DNA from: Sedimentisphaerales bacterium
Lineage (GTDB): Bacteria; Planctomycetota; Phycisphaerae; Sedimentisphaerales; SM23-30
DNA length: 64,000 nt
Assembly: GCA_016934515.1 (NCBI GenBank)
Contig: JAFGSR010000181.1
Location: 3,554-67,553, forward strand
Direction: 5' to 3'
Under the pieces are notes generated by a model. That model had not been told where the DNA came from. It was given only the letters and a program-made list of their open reading frames with translations, and made no database searches. Made by a program: the position numbers and the translations under genes. Within the stretch, counting starts at the first letter, position 1. Each line of letters begins with the position of its first letter. Below, one piece after another: positions 25,410 through 35,053 of this stretch.

Positions 25410-25823
25410 CTATTTTTTATAGACTGCATCGGGATCGTAAACCGGCTTTGCGATGAATTCCAGTTGGTTATCGGTTCCCTGGTTCAGGCGGCGGTAAAAG
25501 CAGGACTGATATCCGACGTGGCACTGGCCGGAATCGACGGTAACTTTGAGGATGAGACAGTCCTGATCGCAATCGACGAGAATTTCCTGCACTTTCTGGA
25601 CGTGGCCCGATTCTTCACCTTTGCGCCAGAGTTTTTTTCGGGAACGAGAATAATAAATTGCGTTTCCGGTAGCGATGGTCTCGGCCAGGGACTGCTCGTT
25701 CATGTAAGCGACCATCAGAACTTGGCCGTTTTGAGCGTCCTGGGCGATGGCGGGGATCAGCCCGTGGGTGTCAAACTTCGGGGTAAAGTCAGTTCCGGTT
25801 TCAACTTCTTTGGGGGCGGACAT
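25410..25823 (-). CDS. hisI: Phosphoribosyl-AMP cyclohydrolase
   Basis: 137-aa ORF containing GLIPAIAQDAQNGQVLMVAYMNEQSL...YYSRSRKKLWRKGEESGHVQKV...DCDQDCLILKV. Confidence 0.9.
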   Translation of the reverse strand: MSAPKEVETGTDFTPKFDTHGLIPAIAQDAQNGQVLMVAYMNEQSLAETIATGNAIYYSRSRKKLWRKGEESGHVQKVQEILVDCDQDCLILKVTVDSGQCHVGYQSCFYRRLNQGTDNQLEFIAKPVYDPDAVYKK

Positions 25824-25912
25824 GTTTATCTCCAGATTTCGGGTTTATGATTTTCATTTGAATACTGCCGGGTCAGGTTCGGAGTGCCGGATTTGGCCAG
25901 GCAGATTGTTGA

Positions 25913-26599
25913 TTATTTTTCCGCGTAAGCAATGTTCATGATGGCTGGTGGGCAGACGCCAAAGACATTTTGTTGGATTTTTGCAAAGCCGGCGTCATTG
26001 AGCAATTTGCGAAAACGCAGAGCAGAACAATGATGGACGTGATTTTCGGCCCGGGTGACACAGATATCGAAAACGAAGTAGCCCAGGGGGTCATCGCGGT
26101 AGCCATCGATAAGTATGTAACGGCCGTTGTTATCCAGAACTCTAAGCACTTCGCTGACGGCACGGTCCTGATGGGGGTAATGGTGGAATGAATTGCAGCA
26201 GGTCACGACATCGAATGAATTGTCCGGAAAAGGCAGGTGCTCCGCGTCGCCAACCAAGAAACTGAGTTTTCGGGAAAGATTCATGTTCTCGACCTTTTCG
26301 CGGGCGTAATCGATCATGTTGTCGGACATGTCGATGCCGATGCCGGATTGAACGTGAGAACCCAGACGCAGGGACTGAATGAGCAGGTTTCCGGTACCAC
26401 AACCGACATCGAGGATACGCAGCGGCTTTAGTCCTCGCCGTTTACCCTGGCGTAGTTCAGCCAGAACGCGCTGATGGCAGGGTTTGAACAGTAGGACATT
26501 AATAATGTCGCGGTCGTAATGATGTGCCCAGCGTTGAAAATGGGCGTGAGCGGAATCTTTCCATTCGTGCTGTTCGGTAGAAGGCACGTGTTTTAACAT
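25913..26599 (-). CDS. Class I SAM-dependent methyltransferase
   Basis: 228-aa ORF with motif I ILDVGCGTGNLL, followed by GIDMSDNMI and FDVVTCCNSFHHYP. Confidence 0.8.
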   Translation of the reverse strand: MLKHVPSTEQHEWKDSAHAHFQRWAHHYDRDIINVLLFKPCHQRVLAELRQGKRRGLKPLRILDVGCGTGNLLIQSLRLGSHVQSGIGIDMSDNMIDYAREKVENMNLSRKLSFLVGDAEHLPFPDNSFDVVTCCNSFHHYPHQDRAVSEVLRVLDNNGRYILIDGYRDDPLGYFVFDICVTRAENHVHHCSALRFRKLLNDAGFAKIQQNVFGVCPPAIMNIAYAEK

Positions 26600-26922
26600 G
26601 AATAATCATCCAACTAGTGAAAAAATATTTCCGTCAAGTAAAATCCGCCGAACCAAACCTGCTAAAAAAGGTGCCAAACAGTACAATTCCACTTTTTCGG
26701 GCATGAACAACTGCATTTTGGGCAATTATATCAGGGTCATAGTAATTATCAAGGCAGGAAACAACCTATCAAAGTGAATTTTATCGGTCGTGGCGAATTG
26801 ACTATATGGTTTTAAGAATGAAATAAGGGGCAAGTCAGGAAATTGATACATTAGAGCGGTTTTCCTGCCGAATTTGATTACAGACAAATACGTTCTGATT
26901 TGTGGAAACCAGAAGGAAATTT

Positions 26923-28164
26923 ATGAATCTGCCAAAAATCGAAAACATACTGAACCGATGTGATATATCGGAACTGATTAAAATCGAAAAAATCGTACAA
27001 AAGCTGATTGAGAACCAAAAATCAGCATCGGAACTCTCAGATGAAGAACAGGGCAGCCAACTACGTCGCGAGCAGCGTTTCCAAACCAACATCCTGGGAA
27101 CCCTGGTACGGATTACGGACATTAAACCGGGTGAGCGTAAAGAATACAGCGTAACCTTGAAGGATATCTCTCAGAGCGGCATGTGCCTGATAGTGGATTT
27201 GAATTTTGTGCCATCTCGAATAGTGGAAGTGGTTTTTGCCGGTCCCGGAGGCAAGATCAAGCGTAGTTATCTGGAAGTGGTAAGGATGCGTAAAATGACC
27301 AACCAGGACGGTTCGTGGTTGGAAGTGGGCTGCCGAGCCGTAGGTGACGAGGAAGTCAGGCATGCGCGACTCCAGGAAGATCAGATCGCCAAAATGCGCA
27401 GCAAAATGCATAAGCGTAGCGGCATAATTATTCTGGCAGTTGGACCGGAGACCGAGGAAAATAGCAAGCTGATCGAACGCGTTAAAGCGGCATCGTATCA
27501 GATACGTCAGATTACCGGAATAGTCCAGGCAATGGAGAGTGCTCGTAAGATATCGGCCCAGTTAGCCATATTGTGTAACGGATCAGAAATCAGCAAAGAC
27601 CCGAAACTGCTCGCCGAATTGTCCAAGGCGCCGTCAACGCTGGCAAGAATGGCGATAGTGGATAACGATGAGGACCGCTTCGCACTGATAGAAGCCGGTG
27701 TGGATGAATGCCTGAAAAAGAGAGATTCAGAAAAAGACGATTTTCTGTTTTACGGAATTGAACGAGCAATGGTAAGCCATCTGCTTCGCCAGGGTAAAAG
27801 CCTGAACTCTACAACCAAGGCGTTAGTCGTCAGCATGGACAACACGAAAATAAATCTTATAACGTACCAGTTGGAAGACCATGGTTATAAGTGTAAAAAT
27901 ATCGACACCGCCGAAGAAGCTCTCCAACTCGAAAACAATCAGTTCGCTATAATTCTTGCTGATTATGACATTGACAATAACGACGAGATTAAAAAGTTGG
28001 TTGCATACTTTACCGGTTCTCCGGTTATCGCCATGTGCGACGAAATCGGTTATGGACATCGTGCCATGACAACGGGTGTGGCAAATTATCTTAACATGCC
28101 CCCCAATAAAGATGATGTTCGGATGATTCTGGAATCGTGCGTCAATAGCAAACAACCGGTTTAA
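26923..28164 (+). CDS. PilZ-domain protein with C-terminal receiver-like (partly degenerate) domains
   Basis: The ORF track starts at 26902; the ATG at 26923 follows AAGGAA. The PilZ c-di-GMP motifs are present (RREQRF ... DISQSGMCL). They are followed by two REC-like segments (IIILAVGPE...LAILCNG and ALVVSMDN...AIILADYDI...PVIAMC). Confidence 0.65.
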   Translation: MNLPKIENILNRCDISELIKIEKIVQKLIENQKSASELSDEEQGSQLRREQRFQTNILGTLVRITDIKPGERKEYSVTLKDISQSGMCLIVDLNFVPSRIVEVVFAGPGGKIKRSYLEVVRMRKMTNQDGSWLEVGCRAVGDEEVRHARLQEDQIAKMRSKMHKRSGIIILAVGPETEENSKLIERVKAASYQIRQITGIVQAMESARKISAQLAILCNGSEISKDPKLLAELSKAPSTLARMAIVDNDEDRFALIEAGVDECLKKRDSEKDDFLFYGIERAMVSHLLRQGKSLNSTTKALVVSMDNTKINLITYQLEDHGYKCKNIDTAEEALQLENNQFAIILADYDIDNNDEIKKLVAYFTGSPVIAMCDEIGYGHRAMTTGVANYLNMPPNKDDVRMILESCVNSKQPV

Positions 28165-28183
28165 CGACTTAAGTGTAGCAGAG

Positions 28184-28849
28184 TTAGTAATTTTTCGATT
28201 TCCCCTCCAAACTTTCCTTCAGAATTCGACAGCATTTCGAAGAGCGACTTATCAACCGGGCGATCTGTAAGGATGAGACCATTCGATAGGTATAAAAAAT
28301 CAGGTATCGTCCGTTGGTTTCCCAGTCCACGTATGGACAAGCCAGCAGCGCTTTTCTGAGGGGGCCGTTAAGCAGCGAAATTGCCGTTTCAGGCTGATCG
28401 GTAACAAGTTTATAATGATGAGCAAAAGGAGGGTCATCGAAATTTACCGGTTGGAAATTCTCATATCGACCGATCGGTTCGAAAAGTTCATCCCGCAAAG
28501 CAACCATAGCCGGTAATTCTTCATCCATCCGCCAGAGAACCACATTTCGATGATGGACGGCACGCTGCTGACCTGATCCGGTTTCATAACACCAGGTAAA
28601 CACTAACAACTCATGGTCATCGTACCTGCCATGCATTACGTTGAAAGCTCGGCAACTGTGTCCGAACGAGACCAGATGAAAGCCATCCAGCAACTCAGGC
28701 AGTTTGAAATGGTCCCGGGCGGCAAAACGCATCCGCAGCCGCAACGCCAAAGCCGCAATGGTCTGGCGCCGACGATAATAACGAACCATCACCAACACCG
28801 CCACCAGTGTCGCAAAAAAAAACAGAAAAAAAACTAAATACTCAAACAT
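28184..28849 (-). CDS. Hypothetical N-terminally membrane-anchored protein
   Basis: 221-aa ORF with one N-terminal TM segment (YLVFFLFFFATLVAVLVMV). I recognise no family. The first 40 nt contain T8 and T9 runs on the coding strand. Confidence 0.5.
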   Translation of the reverse strand: MFEYLVFFLFFFATLVAVLVMVRYYRRRQTIAALALRLRMRFAARDHFKLPELLDGFHLVSFGHSCRAFNVMHGRYDDHELLVFTWCYETGSGQQRAVHHRNVVLWRMDEELPAMVALRDELFEPIGRYENFQPVNFDDPPFAHHYKLVTDQPETAISLLNGPLRKALLACPYVDWETNGRYLIFYTYRMVSSLQIARLISRSSKCCRILKESLEGKSKNY

Positions 28850-29157
28850 TCAAATTTTTCCCTAAGCCCTACTGAAATAATCCAACCGGAATCACCCATA
28901 ATTAAGCTACCAGAATAACAGGATGCCGCCGGAAAAAAAGGTGATTTCATTTGGCAAAAAGATTTGCACCTCAGGGCAATCCGCATAAACTGTTAAAAAC
29001 AATGGGTTTACAAATAATAATCCTGGACGACAAATTGATACAGCAAGAAAAAAAGCTTAACCAAAAGCATTATCGGGTGTCATTTATTAGTAGGATAACG
29101 ATATAATGTAGATAGGACGAAAATGAGCCAAAGCACCAATAAACAAGGAGGTGCATA

Positions 29158-30507
29158 ATGAGCGGTAAATTAACATTATTATTTGTTTTTGCGTGGATCA
29201 TTGCGATTTTGCCGGAATCGGCGTCAGCACGCACGGTAAACAGGTCCGCCCGAGCGACCGGTTCGAGCAGAAGCATCTCCAGCCAACGATCTGTGTCTCG
29301 ACCAAGTGCATCGATGAGCAGAAGTCGGCCAAGTGCATCGGTGAGCAGAAGTCGGCCAAGTGCATCGGTGAGCAGAAGTCGGTCCATTCCTTCCAGCGGT
29401 TCAATGCCCCGCGGCAACGTTCGTGCCGGCAGCAGGTCTCAAACCATTACATCACGCGGCAGCAGGCCTTCAACCATTTCCTCGCGCGGCAGCGTCCGCG
29501 TCAGCCCACGGGTAGTCAGTTCGGCCAGTACTCTGCGTGGACATCGCCAAGGTCCGCTGACCGTGAAGAGTTTACCCGGTCATCGTAGCGGCATACATGT
29601 AGGAGCCAATACCTATCGTCCATATTATCGCCCGTCTTATAGCCCCCGAGTGGTGCGTAACTATAGCTATCCGGGATATCGCTACCGCCCCACCGTGAGG
29701 GTATATCACAGCTATCCCGGCCGGTATTACGACCCATATTACTACCCTTATTATTATCCATACTATCCCAACACGATTCGGATTTATGGTTCGATACCGC
29801 CGGTGGTAGTCAATCATGTAAATGTTAATCCGGTGGCGCCGGTAGTGGTTCAGGCCCCGACGGTTCAAGTCAGCCGGCAGTCCAGCCTGATCAGCAAAGC
29901 TATCAGAGAAGGCAGCGATGATCGCAAACAGGCGGTACGTGCATTGTCCGAGTATCCCGATATTGCGTCGGTGGCGGTGCTGCTGGATGTGCTGATCAAC
30001 GACGGCGACGATGAAGTACGCCGTGCAGCCGCGAAAAGCCTGGGAGAAATCGGCGATCCAACAGCTTATGAGGCGCTGATGCGCAGCGCGGCTTCCGAGC
30101 AGTCCGAACGGGTGCGCGATGAAGCTGTCGCTGCAGCCGATCACATTAAACTGGCAGTTTCCGAACAGGAATTGTATCTCAGCCCGAAGATGCCGCCCAT
30201 GAACACCGGCAAGGAGAAACTGGGTCAACTGCTGGAAGAAATTCGCTTTGGCACCCATGATGTTCGCGAAGACGCGGTCAAAGACCTGGATGATTACCCC
30301 GGAACTCAATCGGTTTGTGCGTTGATCAATGTGCTGATAAATGACCCGGAAGAAGACATCCGTGAAGACGCCGCGGAAAGCCTGGGTAAAATCGGTGATC
30401 GCATGGTACTGCCGTTTTTGGATTGGGCTCTGTACAACGACCCCGATGACGAAGTGCGTAAGAACTCCAAAAAAGCCATCGAAAAGATCTATGACACCAT
30501 TCAATAG
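29158..30507 (+). CDS. Secreted HEAT-repeat protein with Ser/Arg-rich and Tyr/Pro-rich low-complexity regions
   Basis: 449-aa ORF with a GGAGG RBS upstream and a signal peptide (LLFVFAWIIAILPESASA). It has SRSRPSASV tandem repeats and a YYDPYYYPYYYPYYP segment. The C-terminal HEAT/PBS-lyase-like repeats include DDEVRRAAAKSLGEIGDP, ERVRDEAVAA, HDVREDAVKDL, EDIREDAAESLGKIGD and DDEVRKNSKKAI. Confidence 0.7.
   Translation: MSGKLTLLFVFAWIIAILPESASARTVNRSARATGSSRSISSQRSVSRPSASMSRSRPSASVSRSRPSASVSRSRSIPSSGSMPRGNVRAGSRSQTITSRGSRPSTISSRGSVRVSPRVVSSASTLRGHRQGPLTVKSLPGHRSGIHVGANTYRPYYRPSYSPRVVRNYSYPGYRYRPTVRVYHSYPGRYYDPYYYPYYYPYYPNTIRIYGSIPPVVVNHVNVNPVAPVVVQAPTVQVSRQSSLISKAIREGSDDRKQAVRALSEYPDIASVAVLLDVLINDGDDEVRRAAAKSLGEIGDPTAYEALMRSAASEQSERVRDEAVAAADHIKLAVSEQELYLSPKMPPMNTGKEKLGQLLEEIRFGTHDVREDAVKDLDDYPGTQSVCALINVLINDPEEDIREDAAESLGKIGDRMVLPFLDWALYNDPDDEVRKNSKKAIEKIYDTIQ
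29296..29390 (+). repeat. 27-bp in-frame tandem repeat (about 3.5 units) inside the HEAT-repeat gene
   Basis: The unit AGCAGAAGTCGGCCAAGTGCATCGGTG is identical at 29317-29343 and 29344-29370. Degenerate partial units flank it on both sides. It encodes SRSRPSASV. Confidence 0.85.
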
Positions 30508-30525
30508 ATAATGGTCGTCTCGGGA

Positions 30526-30560
30526 AAATCAACGTTCTGTTCGCGGAACGTTGATTTTTG
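30526..30560. terminator. Rho-independent terminator (bidirectional) between convergent genes
   Basis: 10-bp stem ATCAACGTTC (30528-30537) / GAACGTTGAT (30546-30555), followed by TTTT and preceded by AAAA. Confidence 0.7.
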
Positions 30561-30632
30561 GGGATCTATCGTAAAAAAAACCTAAGATGAACCGTGCCAT
30601 CTCTAATTGTCATTGTCGATTTAAAAAAATCC

Positions 30633-31928
30633 CTACAGCCGCCATGGGGCTCGCATCGAATTACTTAGCATAGCTGTAGCTGTCTCGTCATTGATAATCT
30701 GTTCTGTTTCCGGATTAAAACGTATCTTACGGTCGAGCAGCATGGCGATTTGGCCCAGATGTCCGACCGACGCGGAGCGATGCGCCACCTCGCAGGGCGT
30801 CAGCGTTGTGGCGCGGCTCTTGACACAATCGAGAAATTCGCGTTGATGGCCAGGGGAACGATAAAGATGAATTTCGCTGGGGCCGAATTTTTCCTGTAAC
30901 AAACTCTTAGGCTCAGCTTCGATGCCGCCGCGGTCCACCCAAACCCATCCGTCAGGGCCAATCCATTTGGTGCCGCTGCGGATATCGCCATGGCCGCCGG
31001 CGACAATCATATCAATTCCGTTGGCGTATTTGGCGTGCAGTCGATATTTTGTTGCGGCGTTCCACAAGCCGTCGCGGGCGTATTCGCCGCGCCCTTCGAT
31101 CTCGACGGGACCGGTGTAATCGCAACCCATCCCCCAGTGGGCGATGTCAACGTGGTGGCCCACCCAGTCCATGAGTTGTCCGCCGCCGTAATCCAGATGC
31201 CAACGCCAGTTTACATGCACCCGGGCCTCACAGTAAGGCGCCCAGGGAGCAGGCCCCAGCCAGCGGTCGTAACCAAGCTCTGGAGGGGGATTTTTGAGAG
31301 TTTCATCTTTTTTGGTGTAAAAACCACTGGGCAACCCCACCTCGACAGTATGGACTTTACCGATTCTTCCGTTCAGGACGATTTCACAGGCCCGACGAAA
31401 ATGTTCCTGCGAACGTTGCCAACTGCCGGTCTGCCATATGCGTCCGAATTGTTTGACGGCACGGCACATCGCGCGACCTTCTGCGAGTGTATGTGACAAG
31501 GGCTTTTCGCCGTAAATATCCCTGCCATTCCTGGCCGCATCGATGGCGATAACCGAATGCCAATGATCCGGAACCGCCAGTGAAACCGCGTCGATGTCTT
31601 TGCGAGCGAGCAACTCGCGAAAATCGTTGTAGGTGGCGCAATCCTGATTGCCGTATTTCTTATTGACGGTGTTTTTAGCTTTATCAAGATGATTTATATC
31701 CACATCACATACCGCAGCGACATGACAATCATCATAGCTGAGAAAACTGTTCATGTTTCCCGGTCCTTGCCAACCAAGCCCGATGCAGCCCACGACAATC
31801 CGATTAGAGGGTGAGACCGACCCGGCCTTGCCCAGCGCCGACGAGGGCACAAAATACTGGAAGCCGGCAACACCGACCGCTGCTGCGGTATTCTTCAAAA
31901 ACATCCGACGTGTGATTGATTTACCCAT
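30633..31928 (-). CDS. Gfo/Idh/MocA-family oxidoreductase with twin-arginine signal
   Basis: The ORF track starts at 31961; the ATG at 31928 (MGKSITRRMFLKNTAAAVGVAG) gives a Tat-type signal. The Rossmann segment is VVGCIGLGWQG, and the dehydrogenase core includes EKPL. Confidence 0.85.
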   Translation of the reverse strand: MGKSITRRMFLKNTAAAVGVAGFQYFVPSSALGKAGSVSPSNRIVVGCIGLGWQGPGNMNSFLSYDDCHVAAVCDVDINHLDKAKNTVNKKYGNQDCATYNDFRELLARKDIDAVSLAVPDHWHSVIAIDAARNGRDIYGEKPLSHTLAEGRAMCRAVKQFGRIWQTGSWQRSQEHFRRACEIVLNGRIGKVHTVEVGLPSGFYTKKDETLKNPPPELGYDRWLGPAPWAPYCEARVHVNWRWHLDYGGGQLMDWVGHHVDIAHWGMGCDYTGPVEIEGRGEYARDGLWNAATKYRLHAKYANGIDMIVAGGHGDIRSGTKWIGPDGWVWVDRGGIEAEPKSLLQEKFGPSEIHLYRSPGHQREFLDCVKSRATTLTPCEVAHRSASVGHLGQIAMLLDRKIRFNPETEQIINDETATAMLSNSMRAPWRL

Positions 31929-32035
31929 AATAAATATCTCCACTGTTCTGCGAATCATCAAAGTTTATTGTAACATTTTACGGGGCAAGAAGTTAAGTTA
32001 AAATCGTTTGTGTACTGTAGCCGGGAGAGTCGTGA

Positions 32036-33667
32036 CTATTTTATGGAGAAAAAGTTTGGTGTTTTATCCGTTTCCTTGGGCGCGTAGATTTTTATATTGT
32101 CGATCATGCCGGAATCGTCGAATGTGCCGAAACCGATGTATCCCGTCCCAAAGGTTTTATCTTCGGCGACCATGAGGGGCTCGTGCATGTCATCATAGAA
32201 AACCTTGATTGAACCGTCGGCGAGGGTGCGTTCGATGCGAACTTTGTGCCAGAGGTTTTTGCCCCAGTCGATGCCCTCGGTGGTTTTCTGGGCTATGGCG
32301 GTTCTGGGCTGGTCGTTAACGATGAAGATGTTATGAGCATGGGGATCGGCTTTTGTGGCGATGTGGGTGTAGTAAAAGTGGCTCGGGTCCTGAATATTGT
32401 AGAACAGGCACATATCGCGATGGCCGTATTCTTTGCCGGTCTGGAGAAGGTCAACTTCAAGGGCGAAATCGCCAAACATTTTATCGGAAATCATGCCAAT
32501 AACGAGGGGCGATCTTACCTTGGGAGTATAGTTGCCGGGGCCGAGGAATTCCAGGGCCGAGCCACCATCGGGTAAATTTGTGAGCTGCCATTTTTCGGGA
32601 TTTGTAAACCTGAAATCCTTGATCGAATCGGGATTTTCAAAATCCTGGCTATAAACGCAACTCCAGCCGGTTAAGGTGTATTGTTTGTATTGCTTTTCGA
32701 TTTGGTCGGCGGTTATTGGTCCGTCATAAAAAACCATTCGGTATTTGAAGGCCGCTTGTTGGCCGGGCAGGAGGGTGAGGTTGAGATTTTCGGCGTTGGG
32801 TACTTTTCTGGATTTTTCAAAGGCGCCCTGGCCGAGGGGATTGGCGGAGAAACAGCCGTACCCGCGGGCGTGCCAGAATGTGGGAAAGTTTGTGCTTTGT
32901 GGGTGGTCGAAGATTAAGATGCCCCTGGTGTTGTTGTCTTTTGTGCCCTGAAGACGCATCCATTTCGCGCGGCAGCCCCAAACGTCCGCTTCATTTTTCT
33001 GTCCCTGCGATTTAAGGTATTCGCCGGTGCCGCCAATTTCCCTAAGCCAGGGTGCGACGCGGACGGCCATCATGCCTTCTTTGGTGTCGGTAATGACGAC
33101 CTTTTTGTCGAGGGCTTTCAGGGTAATGTCAAAGTCAATTTCGTACTGGTTTTTTTCAGTCGCAATAGCAATAAAAGTCATTTGTCGGTTTTCTTCGAGA
33201 ATGACTTTGCCGTTGCCGTCGATCCAGTGCAATAGTGTAGTAAGCACCGCCGAGGATTTTTCTGATTTCATATTGGTGACTTTAATATGCTGAATCTTAG
33301 GCAGGTCGGTTTTGCTGTTACCCCAGAAATGGTCCTGGTTGACATCGACGGTGAAGTAGATCCCCATGTGATGAGGGTGGTCTTTGCTTTCGCCTTCGAT
33401 ATTTTTGAAGGGATAGCCACGTACCATCATTTCTCCGGAGGGAGAATAGACCGGGAAGAGAACGGGCTTGGCCAGTTGGCAATCCTTGGCGTACATCGGC
33501 TCGGCAGGGTCGATTTTCCAAAGATAACTGGTGAACATTTTGCCGTCAACCAGGACGTCGATTTTATTTTCGTGTTGCTTGAATTCTACTTTGGCAGCCG
33601 AGCAAAGAGAGTGCGACAGTAAAACGAACAATAATGTCGTGACCAATAAGTGTCTTGTACTTTTCAT
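32036..33667 (-). CDS. Secreted PmoA-family (DUF6807-like) / DUF1080 (3-keto-disaccharide-hydrolase-like) fusion protein
   Basis: 543-aa ORF with a signal peptide. The PmoA-family hallmark is KDHPHHMGIYFTVDVNQDHFWGN. The C-terminal jelly-roll-like segment ends ...GYIGFGTFDDSGMIDNIKIY. Confidence 0.65.
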   Translation of the reverse strand: MKSTRHLLVTTLLFVLLSHSLCSAAKVEFKQHENKIDVLVDGKMFTSYLWKIDPAEPMYAKDCQLAKPVLFPVYSPSGEMMVRGYPFKNIEGESKDHPHHMGIYFTVDVNQDHFWGNSKTDLPKIQHIKVTNMKSEKSSAVLTTLLHWIDGNGKVILEENRQMTFIAIATEKNQYEIDFDITLKALDKKVVITDTKEGMMAVRVAPWLREIGGTGEYLKSQGQKNEADVWGCRAKWMRLQGTKDNNTRGILIFDHPQSTNFPTFWHARGYGCFSANPLGQGAFEKSRKVPNAENLNLTLLPGQQAAFKYRMVFYDGPITADQIEKQYKQYTLTGWSCVYSQDFENPDSIKDFRFTNPEKWQLTNLPDGGSALEFLGPGNYTPKVRSPLVIGMISDKMFGDFALEVDLLQTGKEYGHRDMCLFYNIQDPSHFYYTHIATKADPHAHNIFIVNDQPRTAIAQKTTEGIDWGKNLWHKVRIERTLADGSIKVFYDDMHEPLMVAEDKTFGTGYIGFGTFDDSGMIDNIKIYAPKETDKTPNFFSIK

Positions 33668-33783
33668 AAGTATTCCCTTGTGTTGACAATTGTAGAGTAT
33701 GTATTTGCTCCGGTGAAAATAAGTTGTTGGTTGGATTTACGGTGTCAATAATCCTGTTATTAGTTGATTTGCTTTTTGTGATC

Positions 33784-34701
33784 TCAGGTTAGATGGTGGG
33801 ATTGGTTCCAGATACCGCTGACAATGGCGAAGAGGAGGTCTATTTCGTGTCGGCACTGGACCTGGAAATGTTCGCACATTTCGGCGGCGACGTTAATAGG
33901 TTGTTGGGTTTTCTGTATTTTGTTGACGATTTTATCACGTGAGCCGTTGGGTTGGTCCAGGGCCTCGAGGTAGCGGTCGAGCAGGTCGGATAAGTATTGC
34001 GGGTTGTCCGATTCGGCGATGTGGCCCGTGGAGCGTCCGAAGAGGTTTTCCAGTTCGATGCCGTCGAGGTTATCGGTGATTTCCTGGGGGATGAGTTTGC
34101 CCTGGTGGACGAGAGCTTTGATTTGTTCGGTGTCGTGGTTGGTCATTAGGTCGGCCATACCTGAAAGTCGGTAGCAGCCTCGGTTGGGGAAGAGTCGGCC
34201 AAGCAGGAGTTGTCCGGGTTGAATTTCGTTGGTGATCAGGGTTTCATTGATTTTGTAAGTGGTGTGGGGCCGGAACAGGTCGGAACAGTTGAAGCTTTTA
34301 CCTTTTATGACTTTTTCGACTTCGTAAAGCCCCAGGGCGTAGTTTAGGCACTGGTGGGCGTCGGCGTAATCGTCGGAGCTGAGGTCGTTGGCGTGTTTAG
34401 CGAGCCAGTACTCAGCGGGGGTGGCGTTTAATTCGGGGATGAGATAATCGAAAACAAACCATTCGAGGCAACGGCCGACCATTTCGAGTTGTCCTTCGTA
34501 GCCGACCATTTCGGCAGGTGTGGCGCCGCAGAAAAAGGTGAATTGCGCCCGGGCGCGATAGCGATTAATGGCATCTTCGCGGATAGCTTCGGAAGTGATA
34601 CGTTCGAGGATGTCCAGCCTTCCGGGTAAAGAAGCCAGTCTTAATGTTTCGGGAGAGCCGGCGTCATTGTCGGAAGCCGAACCTAAATTACTCGCGGCCA
34701 T
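33784..34701 (-). CDS. Hypothetical protein
   Basis: 305-aa ORF with normal composition. I recognise no motif. Confidence 0.5.
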   Translation of the reverse strand: MAASNLGSASDNDAGSPETLRLASLPGRLDILERITSEAIREDAINRYRARAQFTFFCGATPAEMVGYEGQLEMVGRCLEWFVFDYLIPELNATPAEYWLAKHANDLSSDDYADAHQCLNYALGLYEVEKVIKGKSFNCSDLFRPHTTYKINETLITNEIQPGQLLLGRLFPNRGCYRLSGMADLMTNHDTEQIKALVHQGKLIPQEITDNLDGIELENLFGRSTGHIAESDNPQYLSDLLDRYLEALDQPNGSRDKIVNKIQKTQQPINVAAEMCEHFQVQCRHEIDLLFAIVSGIWNQSHHLT

Positions 34702-35025
34702 ATTCGAATCCTTTCTCAGCCAGCTATATTAAAACATGTTGCGATTAAAATAACAGCAAAAAAAACGCCAAGTCAAGAGTTATGCGATTTGAAGCGGCTG
34801 GTATGGTAGCGGTAAATTACTGCTATGGAGTGATTTAGCTTTGTGATTATTAGTTTCTCTTCCGGAAGCGGACGGTATGAATCCGGGAAACCCTGGTAAG
34901 ATCGGCTGTGATTGACAGCGATAAATATTTGAATGAAGCCTCAAAAAGGCATTTTGGTTACGAGCTTATTTCAGATGGCAAAGGGATAATCCGGTAGATT
35001 CCTTAAGCGGTCAGGGACAAATGGC

Positions 35026-35053
35026 TTGAGTAGCAGGGATTTAGCGGTATAAT
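35026..35053 (+). promoter_or_regulatory. Candidate sigma-70-type promoter for glyQS
   Basis: TTGAGT (35026-35031), a 16-nt spacer, then TATAAT (35048-35053), about 55 nt upstream of the glyQS start. Confidence 0.35.

Noticed and set aside
25157-25429. 90-aa minus-strand ORF overlapping the hisI stop, considered as a separate hisE.
   Set aside because: The sequence shows none of the HisE (phosphoribosyl-ATP pyrophosphatase) helical EE/ExxE pattern. It has no RBS and overlaps hisI by 20 nt, so it is probably spurious.
29296-29390. The 27-bp direct repeats and the REP copies (36585-38289) considered as CRISPR arrays.
   Set aside because: The 27-bp units are contiguous, without spacers, and lie in frame inside a CDS. 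The REP copies are about 80 nt, occur in mixed orientation, and are separated by genes. No cas genes are present.
32225-32250. Sigma-54 promoter-like sequence (TGGCAC-N5-TCGCA on the minus strand) and other TGGCA(C/T) hits at 9478, 22016, 44380 and 47290.
   Set aside because: All lie inside coding sequences, and all lack a proper GG-N10-GC spacing, a TTGC element, or both. I found no convincing RpoN-dependent promoter despite rpoN being in the window.
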